A stretch of DNA of 63,515 nt, the filler included, from Octopus bimaculoides (lineage: Eukaryota), in NCBI RefSeq assembly GCF_001194135.2. It is 8 parts of 8 records of this genome, joined end to end, with 100 filler letters (N's around TTAATTAATTAA, not from the genome) between each part and the next. Parts side by side here need not be neighbours in the genome. Positions count along the whole stretch, not along the records: positions 29,236 to 59,289 come from NC_069005.1; positions 59,390 to 61,087 come from NC_068989.1; positions 61,188 to 63,515 come from NC_068984.1; 5 more parts are not named here. One strand, written 5' to 3'. Position 1 is the first letter of the stretch, and each line of letters starts with the position of its first letter. This document shows positions 53,158 to 63,515 of this stretch, one piece after another. The position numbers and the translations under genes are program-made. A model generated the notes under the pieces. It ran no database searches. It had not been told where the DNA came from and was given only the letters and a program-made list of their open reading frames with translations.

Positions 53158-53431
53158 GTCATTATTCAGTTTATTTCAAGATTTCTTACCAACAGAGAAA
53201 GGACCGGTTTCTAACCTAGATTCAAAGCTACTTCACTGGAATGTATATTTGCAAATTTGCATGTTTTGTTTTATGTATGTCTTCTCATGCATATCGTTGC
53301 ATATCTAGACATGTTCATATGTCCTTAAATGATAAATTTCTGGAAAGTTTCACAGATTTTTACAGTTCAAGTGATGGATTAGGTCTGTAGTCTTCGAATT
53401 AGCTTTCTCCTTTCTGGTTTTGAGAAGCCTA

Positions 53432-53433
<2 letters not shown>
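53158..53433 (-). mobile_element. 5'-truncated RLE-type (R4/Dong-like) non-LTR retrotransposon 3' end
   Basis: Minus strand gives LGFSKPERRKLIRRLQT*SIT*TVKICETFQKFII followed by the family 3' UTR. Confidence 0.75.
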
Positions 53434-53462
<29 letters not shown>

Positions 53463-53483
53463 TGTATGTATGTGTGTATGTAT

Positions 53484-53587
53484 GTTATTCAGTTTTACTT
53501 CAAGATTTCTTGCCAATAGAGAAAGAGCTGGTTTCTAACCTAAATCCAAGGCTCCTCCATTTGAATTTCAACAACATCAACAGAGTA
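53484..53587 (-). mobile_element. Same retrotransposon family, 3' UTR-only copy
   Basis: Matches 54880-54986; (TATG)n on both sides. Confidence 0.75.
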
Positions 53588-53618
53588 GTTTTGAATGTAT
53601 GTATGTATGTATGTATGT

Positions 53619-53912
53619 GGAGGCGCAATGGCCCAGTGGTTAGGGCCGCGGACACGCGGTCGGAGGATCGCGGTTTCGATTCCCAGACCGGGCGTTGTGA
53701 GTGTTTATTGAGCGAAAACACCTAAAAGCTCCACGAGGCTCCGGCAGGGGATGGTGGCGAACCCTACTGTACTCTTTCACAACAACTTTCTCTCGCTCTT
53801 TCTTCCTGTATCTGTTGTACCTGTATTTCAAAGGGCCAGCCTTGTCACACTCTGTGTCACGTTGAATCTCCCAGAGAACTACGTTAAGGGTACATGTGTC
53901 TGTGGTATGCTC
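53619..53912 (+). mobile_element. tRNA-derived SINE family C
   Basis: A-box TGGCCCAGTGGTTAG and B-box GGTTTCGATTCCC; a paralogue lies at 23490-24106. Confidence 0.88.
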
Positions 53913-53997
53913 NNNNNNNNNNNNNNNNNNNNNNNNNNNNNNNNNNNNNNNNNNNNNNNNNNNNNNNNNNNNNNNNNNNNNNNNNNNNNNNNNNNNN

Positions 53998-54037
<40 letters not shown>

Positions 54038-54526
54038 TACACACTTCACTATTTCCTCTATTTTTTAAACATGTTAAATTTGACCAGCAACGTGCAAGGA
54101 GTCGCTTAAAAGGTTTCTTATTTCACGTCTTAACAAAATTTAGACGGCTGTTTTGATAACGACTTCTTACATGATCTCTATCTGGCTTTTATAAATCAAT
54201 TTTTGAACATTTTCTCTAACTACATTTTCTCTTTGTTGTTTTCTTTTTTTTACCTATCATACATTCGAATCTTTCAACAGGTGAATCCCTATCATCGGCG
54301 ACGTTTTGTTTTATTTTCATTCATCGTATTTTTATTTAAGGCACGCATAGTTTTAGGAAAATATACATAGGACGTTTATTCAATTAGTAAATTTAATTAT
54401 CTACAACGATGAGGAATTTCTTTGCTAAAGCATTTGCTTGCTGTAGAATAATTTCAAGAAGCCTCGCTCACATACATAATACATACACAAACACACATAT
54501 ATACATTCATAAATATATACATACAT

Positions 54527-54986
54527 GCGCTGAACTATTGAGAAAAGAATATGTACGTTGAACTATTGAAAAATCTGCAGTTACTCTATCCAGATTACAA
54601 GTTCCGATTTATACCTGTAATTATTGGGGCCCTGAAATATATAACACACTGCTTAAATACAAATCTTAAGAAATTAGGCTTCTCAAAATCAGAAAGGAGA
54701 AAACTAATTCAAAGACTACAGATCCAATCCATCACTGGAACTGTAAAAATCTGTAAAACTTTCCAGAAGTTTATCATTTATATATATATATGAGCTTGTC
54801 TAGGTAACTATATGCATGAGAATACATACATAAAACATACAAATCTGCACATACATACATACATACAAACAAACAAAAATACCCTGTTGTTGATATTGAA
54901 ATTCCACTGAAGGAACCTTGGATCTAGGTTAGAAACCGGTTCTTTCTCTATTGGCAAGACATCTTGAAATAAAACTGAACAATGAC
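54527..54986 (+). mobile_element. RLE-type (R4/Dong-like) retrotransposon 3' end: ORF C-terminus and 3' UTR
   Basis: ORF YVELLKNLQLLYPDYKFRFIPVIIGALKYI...LKKLGF...LQIQSITGTVKICKTF fits the post-RLE C-terminal pattern (IPVIIGALG-like). The 3' UTR ends AAATAAAACTGAACAATGAC followed by (ATAC)n. Confidence 0.75.
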
Positions 54987-56699
54987 ATACATACATACAA
55001 TAATGAAGTCTTTGATTCATTCTATCTCAAAAAAAAATGATATTGATCACGACCGGAATGCTTTCCGCCGAAGGCTTTTGAATTAGGACTATCCTGTGGT
55101 TAGAGTAGAAACCTGTGCGTTCTTGAATGTTGATATGCAATAAATAGCAGCTAAACCTCCCTCATAACGCATACACTACCGTAATGAAGTTTTAAAGTAC
55201 ACTTTGGATAACGTATTATAAAATACTAATACGTTTGAAATATCGACGGAGTGATCACATATGGAACGTCTTTGATCTCTCTTAAATTTGCTAGATCAGC
55301 TTTGACCTGAAACTAAACAGCAACAACAACAACAAGCTACTACGACGACGACGACTACTGCTACTACAAACAACACCATTTTTTGGTTGGGTTTTTTTCT
55401 TTTTTATGTTAAAGAAAATCGATATTTTGTTAATTAGAAATGTCAAGTATTTAAATAATTGATTGAGTGGTGTGGGACGGGGTGAGAGGAGGGAGGGGAA
55501 GGGGAGAGAGAGAGAGACAGTGCAAGGGGGGAAAGAGGGTTGGCGGTGGGGAAGTATTTATACAAAAGAATAAACTCGGGAACGGGAGGATATTTACTGA
55601 CGACAAAGTCTGTGATGGCGGCGGTGACGACGAATACCACGACGACGGCGACGACGAATGACCACGAAGAGAACCGGGGACGGCGGCGATGGCGGTGANN
55701 NNNNNNNNNNNNNNNNNNNNNNNNNNNNNNNNNNNNNNNNNNNNNNNNNNNNNNNNNNNNNNNNNNNNNNNNNNNNNNNNNNNNNNNNNNNNNNNNNNNN
55801 NNNNNNNNNNNNNNNNNNNNNNNNNNNNNNNNNNNNNNNNNNNNNNNNNNNNNNNNNNNNNNNNNNNNNNNNNNNNNNNNNNNNNNNNNNNNNNNNNNNN
55901 NNNNNNNNNNNNNNNNNNNNNNNNNNNNNNNNNNNNNNNNNNNNNNNNNNNNNNNNNNNNNNNNNNNNNNNNNNNNNNNNNNNNNNNNNNNNNNNNNNNN
56001 NNNNNNNNNNNNNNNNNNNNNNNNNNNNNNNNNNNNNNNNNNNNNNNNNNNNNNNNNNNNNNNNNNNNNNNNNNNNNNNNNNNNNNNNNNNNNNNNNNNN
56101 NNNNNNNNNNNNNNNNNNNNNNNNNNNNNNNNNNNNNNNNNNNNNNNNNNNNNNNNNNNNNNNNNNNNNNNNNNNNNNNNNNNNNNNNNNNNNNNNNNNN
56201 NNNNNNNNNNNNNNNNNNNNNNNNNNNNNNNNNNNNNNNNNNNNNNNNNNNNNNNNNNNNNNNNNNNNNNNNNNNNNNNNNNNNNNNNNNNNNNNNNNNN
56301 NNNNNNNNNNNNNNNNNNNNNNNNNNNNNNNNNNNNNNNNNNNNNNNNNNNNNNNNNNNNNNNNNNNNNNNNNNNNNNNNNNNNNNNNNNNNNNNNNNNN
56401 NNNNNNNNNNNNNNNNNNNNNNNNNNNNNNNNTAGGGGAGGGGGAGGAAGTGGGTGGAGGTGGAGGTGGAGGAGTAGGAGTTGAGTGACAGCCATATATT
56501 AAAGTGACGCTGTTTAGTTACGGGTGAAGAATGGAAAGAAAGGAATGATTAAAGATGTGAAGAAGCTAAGAAGAAGTGATTTAGTTGATGAGTGTTAATT
56601 AATGAGATAAGAAACGAAGGGGGAAGGAATATGTTACGAAACAACGGCTGAAGCTGCGGATGGCTCTGTATCGTTTAAATAATAAACCTTATATGGAGA

Positions 56700-56890
56700 G
56701 AGGAGGAGAGAGACAGACACAGAGAGAGAGAGAGACAGAGAGACAGACAGACACAGAGAGTGACAGACAGAAAGAGAGAGACAGACAGAGAGAGAGACAG
56801 ACAGAGAGAGAGAGACAGACACAGAGAGAGACAGACAGAGAAAGAGACAGACAGACAGACAGACAAACAGAGAGAGAGAGAGAGAGTGTC
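56700..56890. repeat. Compound (GA)/(GACA)n microsatellite
   Basis: Directly visible. Confidence 0.95.
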
Positions 56891-57222
56891 GTATCGGAGA
56901 AATATTGATGACTGATCAGCGGTGGAGGAGGGGGAATGGGGGGACCTTATCGAACTATGAGAGAACTGAAATGGCGACGGAGGCAATGATGATGATGATG
57001 ATGATGATGATTGTAATAATCTTGGTAAATATGATGNNNNNNNNNNNNNNNNNNNNNNNNNNNNNNNNNNNNNNNNNNNNNNNNNNNNNNNNNNNNNNNN
57101 NNNNNNNNNNNNNNNNNNNNNNNNNNNNNNNNNNNNNNNNNNNNNNNNNNNNNGAGGAGGAGGAGGAGGAGGAGGAGGATGGTGATGATGATGGTGATGA
57201 TGATGACGACGATGACGACGAC

Positions 57223-57262
<40 letters not shown>

Positions 57263-57579
57263 TAAACGATGATGACGATGACAACGATGACGACGATGAC
57301 GACGATGATGATGATGATGATGATGATGATGACGACGACGACGACGATGACCAACGACAATGGGGATCACGTTTTGCGTTGCTCTCACGATTTCGCCATC
57401 TCTCGCCAACCAGCAAAATTTGAGGGGAGGGGTTTTGGTCGATTCCAAGGCATCGTTCACTCGGCACAATTTCAACTCAGAACGGAAAAATCCCAGAACA
57501 AATCCCCCATATGGCAATTTCTCCGACGCTCTACCGATTCTGTCATCACTATTATCATCATCATCATAATAATAATAAT

Positions 57580-57789
57580 GGTTTCAAATTTTGCCACAAG
57601 GTCAGCAATTTGGTGGAAGGAGCTAAGTCGATTACGTCGACCCCAGTGTATGACTGGTACTTATTTTATTGACCCCGAAAAGATGAACTCAGAACATAAA
57701 AGACTGATGAAATACCTCTAAGCATTTCGCCCGGCGTGCTAACGATTCTGCCAGCTCTTCTCCTTAAATATTATAATAATAACAATAAC

Positions 57790-57849
<60 letters not shown>

Positions 57850-58062
57850 CCTTTCCACTATAGGCGCAAGGCCTGAAATTTGGGGGTGAAGGGACTACGT
57901 CTATTGCATTAACCCCAGTGCGTAACTGGTACTTAATTTATCGACCCCGAAAGGATGAAAGGCAAAGTCGACCCCGGCGGAATTGGAACTCAGAGCGTGA
58001 AACAAACGAAATACCGTTAAGCATTTCGTCCGGCGTGCTAACGATTATGCCAGCTCGCTGCC
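57580..58062 (-). mobile_element. Two tandem SINE family B copies (57580-57764, 57849-58062) separated by (AAT)n
   Basis: Both match the consensus. Confidence 0.88.
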
Positions 58063-58441
58063 TGAAGAAGAAGAAGAAGAAGAAGAAGAAGAAGAAGAAG
58101 AAGAAGAAGAAGAAGAAGAAGAAGAAGAAGAAGAAGAAGAAGAAGAAGAAGAAGAAGAAGATATTTTTAAAATGATAATGATAATTGTAATAGGACAAGT
58201 TATCAAGATAATCAAATTTATTTACATATTTTTGTATTTCCAATTAACAAGTATTAATCGAGGTTATAAATTATGATTAAGCGATATGTATGTGTGTAGC
58301 TACCTGTGAATGCACGGGTGTATTAGCTACTGTGTCTCTCTGTCTCGCTTCACGCTAACTGTGTGTCCATTTTAAGTTGTATCACACAAGGGTGTATTAT
58401 ATTATTATATATAATATATAATATAATTGTAGAATGTGGAA

Positions 58442-58935
58442 TTACACTTTTGCACCGTTCTGGCGACAACCATCCAACCTCCACAACGGCTCTGTTTTGG
58501 GTAATCGTTGCTGATGAGGGTTTATGAGGTCGGAGTGCAGCTCCTGATTCAACCTCTTTTTATAGTTGTCTTTTGCACGACATACAGAGTAAACTTTGGG
58601 ATTATTCTTTGACATGCCGGTCCTTACACAGCACTGAAGCACTAGGAAACTAAATGTTTTGCTCAAAAGAACATGCTGATCCCAGAACAAGCTGATCCCA
58701 AGGTTTTCTGCAATTTTACGCTGACTATATCCACCTTCAGAATGACCCGCAATGTGGCCTCTTTGGAATTCAGACAGTTCCAAGGCTACTTTTGTACATG
58801 GCATGATTAAACAGTCGCATATAGAATCTGAAACATAAAAGTGTCAATTAATAAGAAATATAAACATTTACAAGTTAGAATAAACAGAAAACGATGTTTT
58901 ATGGGGTGTCTATTTACTTCTAACATATGTGTGTA
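58442..58935 (-). mobile_element. Internally deleted Tc1-like transposon
   Basis: ORF start MPCTKVALELSEFQRGHIAGHSEGGYSQRKIAENLGI is a Tc1 N-terminal HTH pattern. No DDE core is present. One terminus-like end lies near 58900-58935. Confidence 0.65.
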
Positions 58936-59603
58936 TATATATTCTGAATATTTCGAAAGTTTCCTAATGTAATTCTTATTGTCCTCCGAAAACCCTGATG
59001 ATTTTCTTTATAAGCTATTTAAAATGCAAAATTATATTTTTATATATATTTTGTAATTTTAATTTTATTTAAGAAATGAAACAGTTGTTGGTTAATAAGT
59101 TGATTAATTAATACATTAATTTGCATCCATTAGATATCTCTGTTTTCTAACTCTATAAAAAATGTTTGATGTCTTACGATTTTCTATATAATATATACAT
59201 TGAAAAAATATCTCTTCACAATTTAATATATTAAACCAGTGTATGTTGGATAAATATCCCTATATGAGGTTTGGATATCCACATTGTAANNNNNNNNNNN
59301 NNNNNNNNNNNNNNNNNNNNNNNNNNNNNNNNNTTAATTAATTAANNNNNNNNNNNNNNNNNNNNNNNNNNNNNNNNNNNNNNNNNNNNATATATATATA
59401 TATATACAAAGAGTTAATAACTAGGGATTATCAATCTGAGCAGAAGTCTCCTTACTCTCCTATCAACACAAATAAACCAGGCTAACAACAGGTTTTCTTC
59501 AATGATGTAGTTCTCCAGGTAATGCTAAGACTTGATCTGGAGTGGTAGTCCATCAACAGTCGAATTTGCGAATCCATGGTTGCATTGCGAATTTAATACG
59601 GTA

Positions 59604-59885
59604 TGTGTCTAAGTGGATAGAGCGTCGGGCACACAATCATGTTGTCGTGAGTTCGATTCCCGGACCAAGCTGTGTTGAGTTCCTGAGCAAGTCACTTTAT
59701 TTCACACTGCCCCACTACACTCAGCAAAGGCCAAACTGTATCGGCTTTTGCCTTTACCTTGCATAGCATCAGTGGCGTGGAGAAGCGAGGCTGGTATGCA
59801 TGGATAACTGCTGGTCTTCTACGAACAACCTTGCTCGGACTTATGCCTCGGAGGGTAACGTTCTAGGTAACATTTCATGGTCCTT
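59604..59885 (+). mobile_element. tRNA-derived SINE family D
   Basis: A-box-like TCTAAGTGGATAG and B-box GAGTTCGATTCCC, followed by a CTGAGCAAGTCACTTTA core. Confidence 0.75.
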
Positions 59886-60899
59886 ACCCTTTACCGTTTT
59901 CATAGATTGATATACAAGAGAAAGCATAAATAATGGGCTTTATAAGTTTATATCTGTTTCTCATATGCATTTTACTTGCTTTCGTGTTTCCGTTTACTGA
60001 ATCAGTTGAGTGATTGCTTGGAAAGGGTGAACGACCGTTATAAATGTTATCGTATTCAGAATCAGCGCATTATATACAAAGGTGTACGTAACGAAGATAA
60101 TAAACATTTAGAAAGAAAAGCGAAGAGTAATGGAATAGTAGAAGGAAAAAAGAAAAATAGAAGAGGAGAAAAGAGGAAAGACGAAGAGAGATAGAGAGAA
60201 GAAACCAGGAAATGAAAGAAGATGAGGGGAGGAAGGTTAGTCACGGTTGTATTTATAAAGACCGAGGTAACCCTTTTCTAGTCATTAGCCTTAGTTTGTT
60301 GTAGACTGTTACTAAGGTTAAATGATATCAACATAGGTTATTGAAATTTGATACCCACAAACTTCTCTAGTGATCATCTCTTGATAAAGTTTTTCTCTAT
60401 CAAGGTCATAGCTTGTTGGATTACTATTACATTACTGGTGTTCTAGCATAGTGTTTCTTATTATGTGCTTATCTAAGGTAGCTTATTTTTCAGAATGTAT
60501 AGTACGGGAATCAATATGGGAGATTTAGATAAAATAAAATAGTAAATAAAATAAAATAGGTAAAAGGATTAGAAGTTAATGAAATTAAACATCAATCAAT
60601 AGGGTAAATTAAATGATAAAAATTACAAGAAAAAGGTAACCTAGAAAAAGATAAAGCAAAACAAAAACCAAATAAAACAGTGGAAAATAAAATGACATCA
60701 ATGAAGTCAAATAACGAGGAGACATAATCAGATACATAGAATTAAAGTACAAGGAGATAAAACAAAAAGACATGCAACGCAAAGTAGCAGAAATAAATGC
60801 CGTTCTATGATAAGGTGATTGATATGTGCAAATGGACAATAATAAAGTAATAAAAGCAAATTAAAATTATTAAATAAAAAACAAAATTTTACACAAATA

Positions 60900-61065
60900 C
60901 GCGCAGTAGTGGCTGTGTGGCAAGGAGCTTGCTTCCCAACCACATGGTTCTGGGTTCAGTCCCACTGCATGGCACCTTGGTCAGTTGTTTTCTGCTATAG
61001 CCTCGGGCCGACCAAAGCGTTGTGAGAGGATTTGGTAGGTGGGATCTGAAATAAGCCCGTCGTAT
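60900..61065 (+). mobile_element. SINE family A, 5' half
   Basis: Head and body. Confidence 0.85.
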
Positions 61066-61189
61066 ATATATATATATATATATATATNNNNNNNNNNNNN
61101 NNNNNNNNNNNNNNNNNNNNNNNNNNNNNNNTTAATTAATTAANNNNNNNNNNNNNNNNNNNNNNNNNNNNNNNNNNNNNNNNNNNNTA

Positions 61190-61570
61190 TGCATGTATAT
61201 ATGTATGTATGTGTATGTATGTATATGTACGTATGTATGAATGTGTGTATGTATGAATTATGTATTTATGTATGTATTTATGTATGTGTGTGTACGTATA
61301 TATGAATGTGTGTACGTATGAAAGTATGTACGTATGTATGTACGTATGTATGTACGTATGTATGTACGTATGTATTATGCATGTACGTACGTATGTATGT
61401 ATGTATGTATGTATGTATGTGTGTATGTATGTGTGTGTATGTACGTACGTATGTATGTACGCACGTATGTATGTATGTATGTATGTATTTATGTATGTAT
61501 GTATGTATGTATGTATGTATGTATGTATGTATGTATGTATGTACGTACGTATGTATGTATTTATATGCGT
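61190..61570. repeat. Large (TATG)n microsatellite
   Basis: Directly visible. Confidence 0.95.
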
Positions 61571-61575
61571 GTGTA

Positions 61576-61935
61576 TATTCTCTTCTGTTTTTAATTATCT
61601 AAATTCCTTCTATGAGAAAGGAGCTGCTTTCTCACAAAGATACAAAACTCCATCGTTGGAATGTAGATAACAAAAACAACGTCTCATTTTAAATTTTAGA
61701 AAAGTCTTGCATATTTTTACTGTTCCACTTATAGTTTGCGCTTGTAATGTGCGAGTTAGCCGGTTGGTTTCTTTTTCTGAAAACCCAAGCTTATTCAGAT
61801 TGTCACTTGGACATTTACTCACGAAGTCAAGTGTACCGATTGTTTTTGATATAATTCTGAATTTATAATCTGGAGATAGAAGATAGAGACTTCGAAGCAG
61901 TTGTCCATAGTTATCCTCTTTAACTTTGATTTGTA
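61576..61935 (-). mobile_element. RLE-type retrotransposon 3' end, second subfamily
   Basis: KEDNYGQLLRSLYLLSPDYKFRII...NLNKLGFSEKETNRLTRTLQAQTISGTVKICKTFLKF is homologous to the 54551 ORF, but the 3' UTR differs. Confidence 0.75.
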
Positions 61936-61939
61936 AAGA

Positions 61940-62675
61940 GGCGTAGGAGTGGCTGTGTGGTAAGTAGCTTGCTTACGAACCGCATGGTTCCGGGTTCAGC
62001 CCCACTGCGTGGCACCTTGGCCAAGTGTCTTCTACTAGAGGCTCCGGCCGACCAAAGCCTTGTGAGTGGATTTGGTAGACGGAAACTGAAAGAAGCCTGT
62101 CGTATGTATGTATATATATATANNNNNNNNNNNNNNNNNNNNNNNNNNNNNNNNNNNNNNNNNNNNNNNNNNNNNNNNNNNNNNNNNNNNNNNNNNNNNN
62201 NNNNNNNNNNNNNNNNNNNNNNNNNNNNNNNNNNNNNNNNNNNNNNNNNNNNNNNNNNNNNNNNNNNNNNNNNNNNNNNNNNNNNNNNNNNNNNNNNNNN
62301 NAGAATAAGTACTAGGCTTACAAAGAATAAGTCCTTGGGTCGATTTGCTCGACTAAAGGCGGTGCTCCAGCATGACCGCAGTCAAATGACTGAAACAAGT
62401 AAAAGAGTAACCGCTAAGTTACGGGACGTAAACACACCAGCATCAGTTGTCAAGCGATGTTGGGGGACAAATACAGACACACAAACATACATACACACAC
62501 ACACATACATATATACGATGGGTTTCTTTCAGATTCCGTCTACCAAATCCACTCACAAGGCTTTGGTCGGCCCGAGACTATAGTAGAAGACACTTGCCCA
62601 AGGTGCCACGCAGTGGGATTGAACCCGGGACCATGTGGTTGGTAAGTAAGCTACTTACCACACAGCCACTCCCTC
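61940..62675. mobile_element. SINE family A copies (61940 to about 62410 plus, spanning a gap; 62411-62675 minus)
   Basis: Family A head, tail and body motifs in opposite orientations. Confidence 0.85.
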
Positions 62676-62997
62676 GCCTATGCTTGTTCATCTAAATAAA
62701 AAAGGAGGGTGCTCCAGCATGACCGCGGCCCAATGTGAGAAAGAAGTAAGTGATAAGAGATATTATGTTCACATATTAAATACATTTACATTTATATAGT
62801 TTAACGAAACAATTATTAATAAATTAGAAGTTAAAAACGTTAATGAAACTACATCAAAATTATGTTGATTTTAACATCAACTTTATTGGTGTATGAGACT
62901 CATCAATAAATTAGGCTTGCATTATATAAACTAGTATATAAGCATATATGCAAATATAAATAGGTATGCATATTTGTGCATACATACATACATACAT

Positions 62998-63260
62998 GGT
63001 AGTGGTTGTCTACTCCTTACACAAAGTTCTTGACCACCTCCTGCACCTACACCTTAGCCCCTTCATGGCGTCTGATGTGGCTTTTTAAACCAGACACTCT
63101 TCTGAAAAAACAACCACACAGATTGCACCTCTGATTTGAACTACCAATACCTGCAGGTAAGTTCTGCTCATTGTGGATCTTAACATGTCTTTTAAGACTC
63201 CCATTGGATTTGCAAGCCTTCTGGCACACACCACATTCAAACGTGTGCACAGACATATAG
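62998..63260 (-). mobile_element. 5'-truncated LINE 3' end (probably RTE clade) encoding two C2H2 zinc fingers
   Basis: CGVCQKACKSNGSLKRHVKIH and CNLCGCFFRRVSGLKSHIRRH, a stop at 63047, a 3' UTR of about 50 nt and a (TATG)n tail. There is no TGEKP linker. Confidence 0.65.
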
Positions 63261-63266
63261 TCAGAA

Positions 63267-63298
<32 letters not shown>

Positions 63299-63321
63299 GT
63301 CAGAATACGTACATACATGCA

Positions 63322-63353
<32 letters not shown>

Positions 63354-63390
63354 GTCAGAATACATACATACATACATACATACATACATA

Positions 63391-63495
63391 CCCAGTTGCT
63401 GATGTTGAAATTCCAATGAAGGAGCCTTGGATCAAGGTTAGAAACCAGTTCTTTTTCTTTTAGCAAGAAATCTTGAAATAAAACTGAATAATGAC
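63391..63495 (+). mobile_element. RLE-type retrotransposon 3' UTR-only copy
   Basis: Matches 54880-54986; preceded by (ATAC)n. Confidence 0.75.
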
Positions 63496-63515
63496 ACACA
63501 CACACACAAACACAC

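Noticed and set aside
56905-57423. Poly-Asp/Glu and poly-His ORFs
   Set aside because: (GAT/GAC/GAG)n repeats spanning a gap and running into a SINE.

Overview
AT-rich, microsatellite-saturated animal genomic DNA from a gapped draft assembly. I recognise the SINE, MITE and LINE families as those typical of octopod cephalopods, so the source is probably an Octopus species (inference). Seven 100-bp spacers (44 N + TTAATTAATTAA + 44 N) are artificial joins, so the window is a patchwork of about eight scaffold pieces and exon continuity across them is not guaranteed. Most listed ORFs are artefacts of microsatellites or N runs. The coding content I can support is: (1) two in-phase plus-strand exons (5975-6177, 8613-8823) encoding the end of a NIDO-like domain and a full 10-Cys AMOP domain of a MUC4/SUSD2/Mesh-type protein, each followed by a long intronic hairpin; (2) a disrupted Zwilch (RZZ kinetochore subunit) fragment at 17358-17962; (3) a minus-strand spliced gene (exon 49811-49721 joined in phase to a large terminal exon 47297-46099) for an unrecognised membrane protein. 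Its ~380-aa acidic tail carries a Cys cluster, a TQT motif, three exact 30-aa repeats each with an RVxF-type motif, two DSGxxS motifs and a C-terminal DDFxDF motif; this is the best candidate for an undescribed system. (4) A possible decayed tandem C-type-lectin stretch at 90-870. Mobile DNA includes at least five tRNA-derived SINE families, five 3' ends of an RLE-type (R4/Dong-like) retrotransposon embedded in (ATAC)n tracts, RTE-type LINE ends (one with two C2H2 fingers), and hAT, Tc1/mariner and piggyBac-like remnants.
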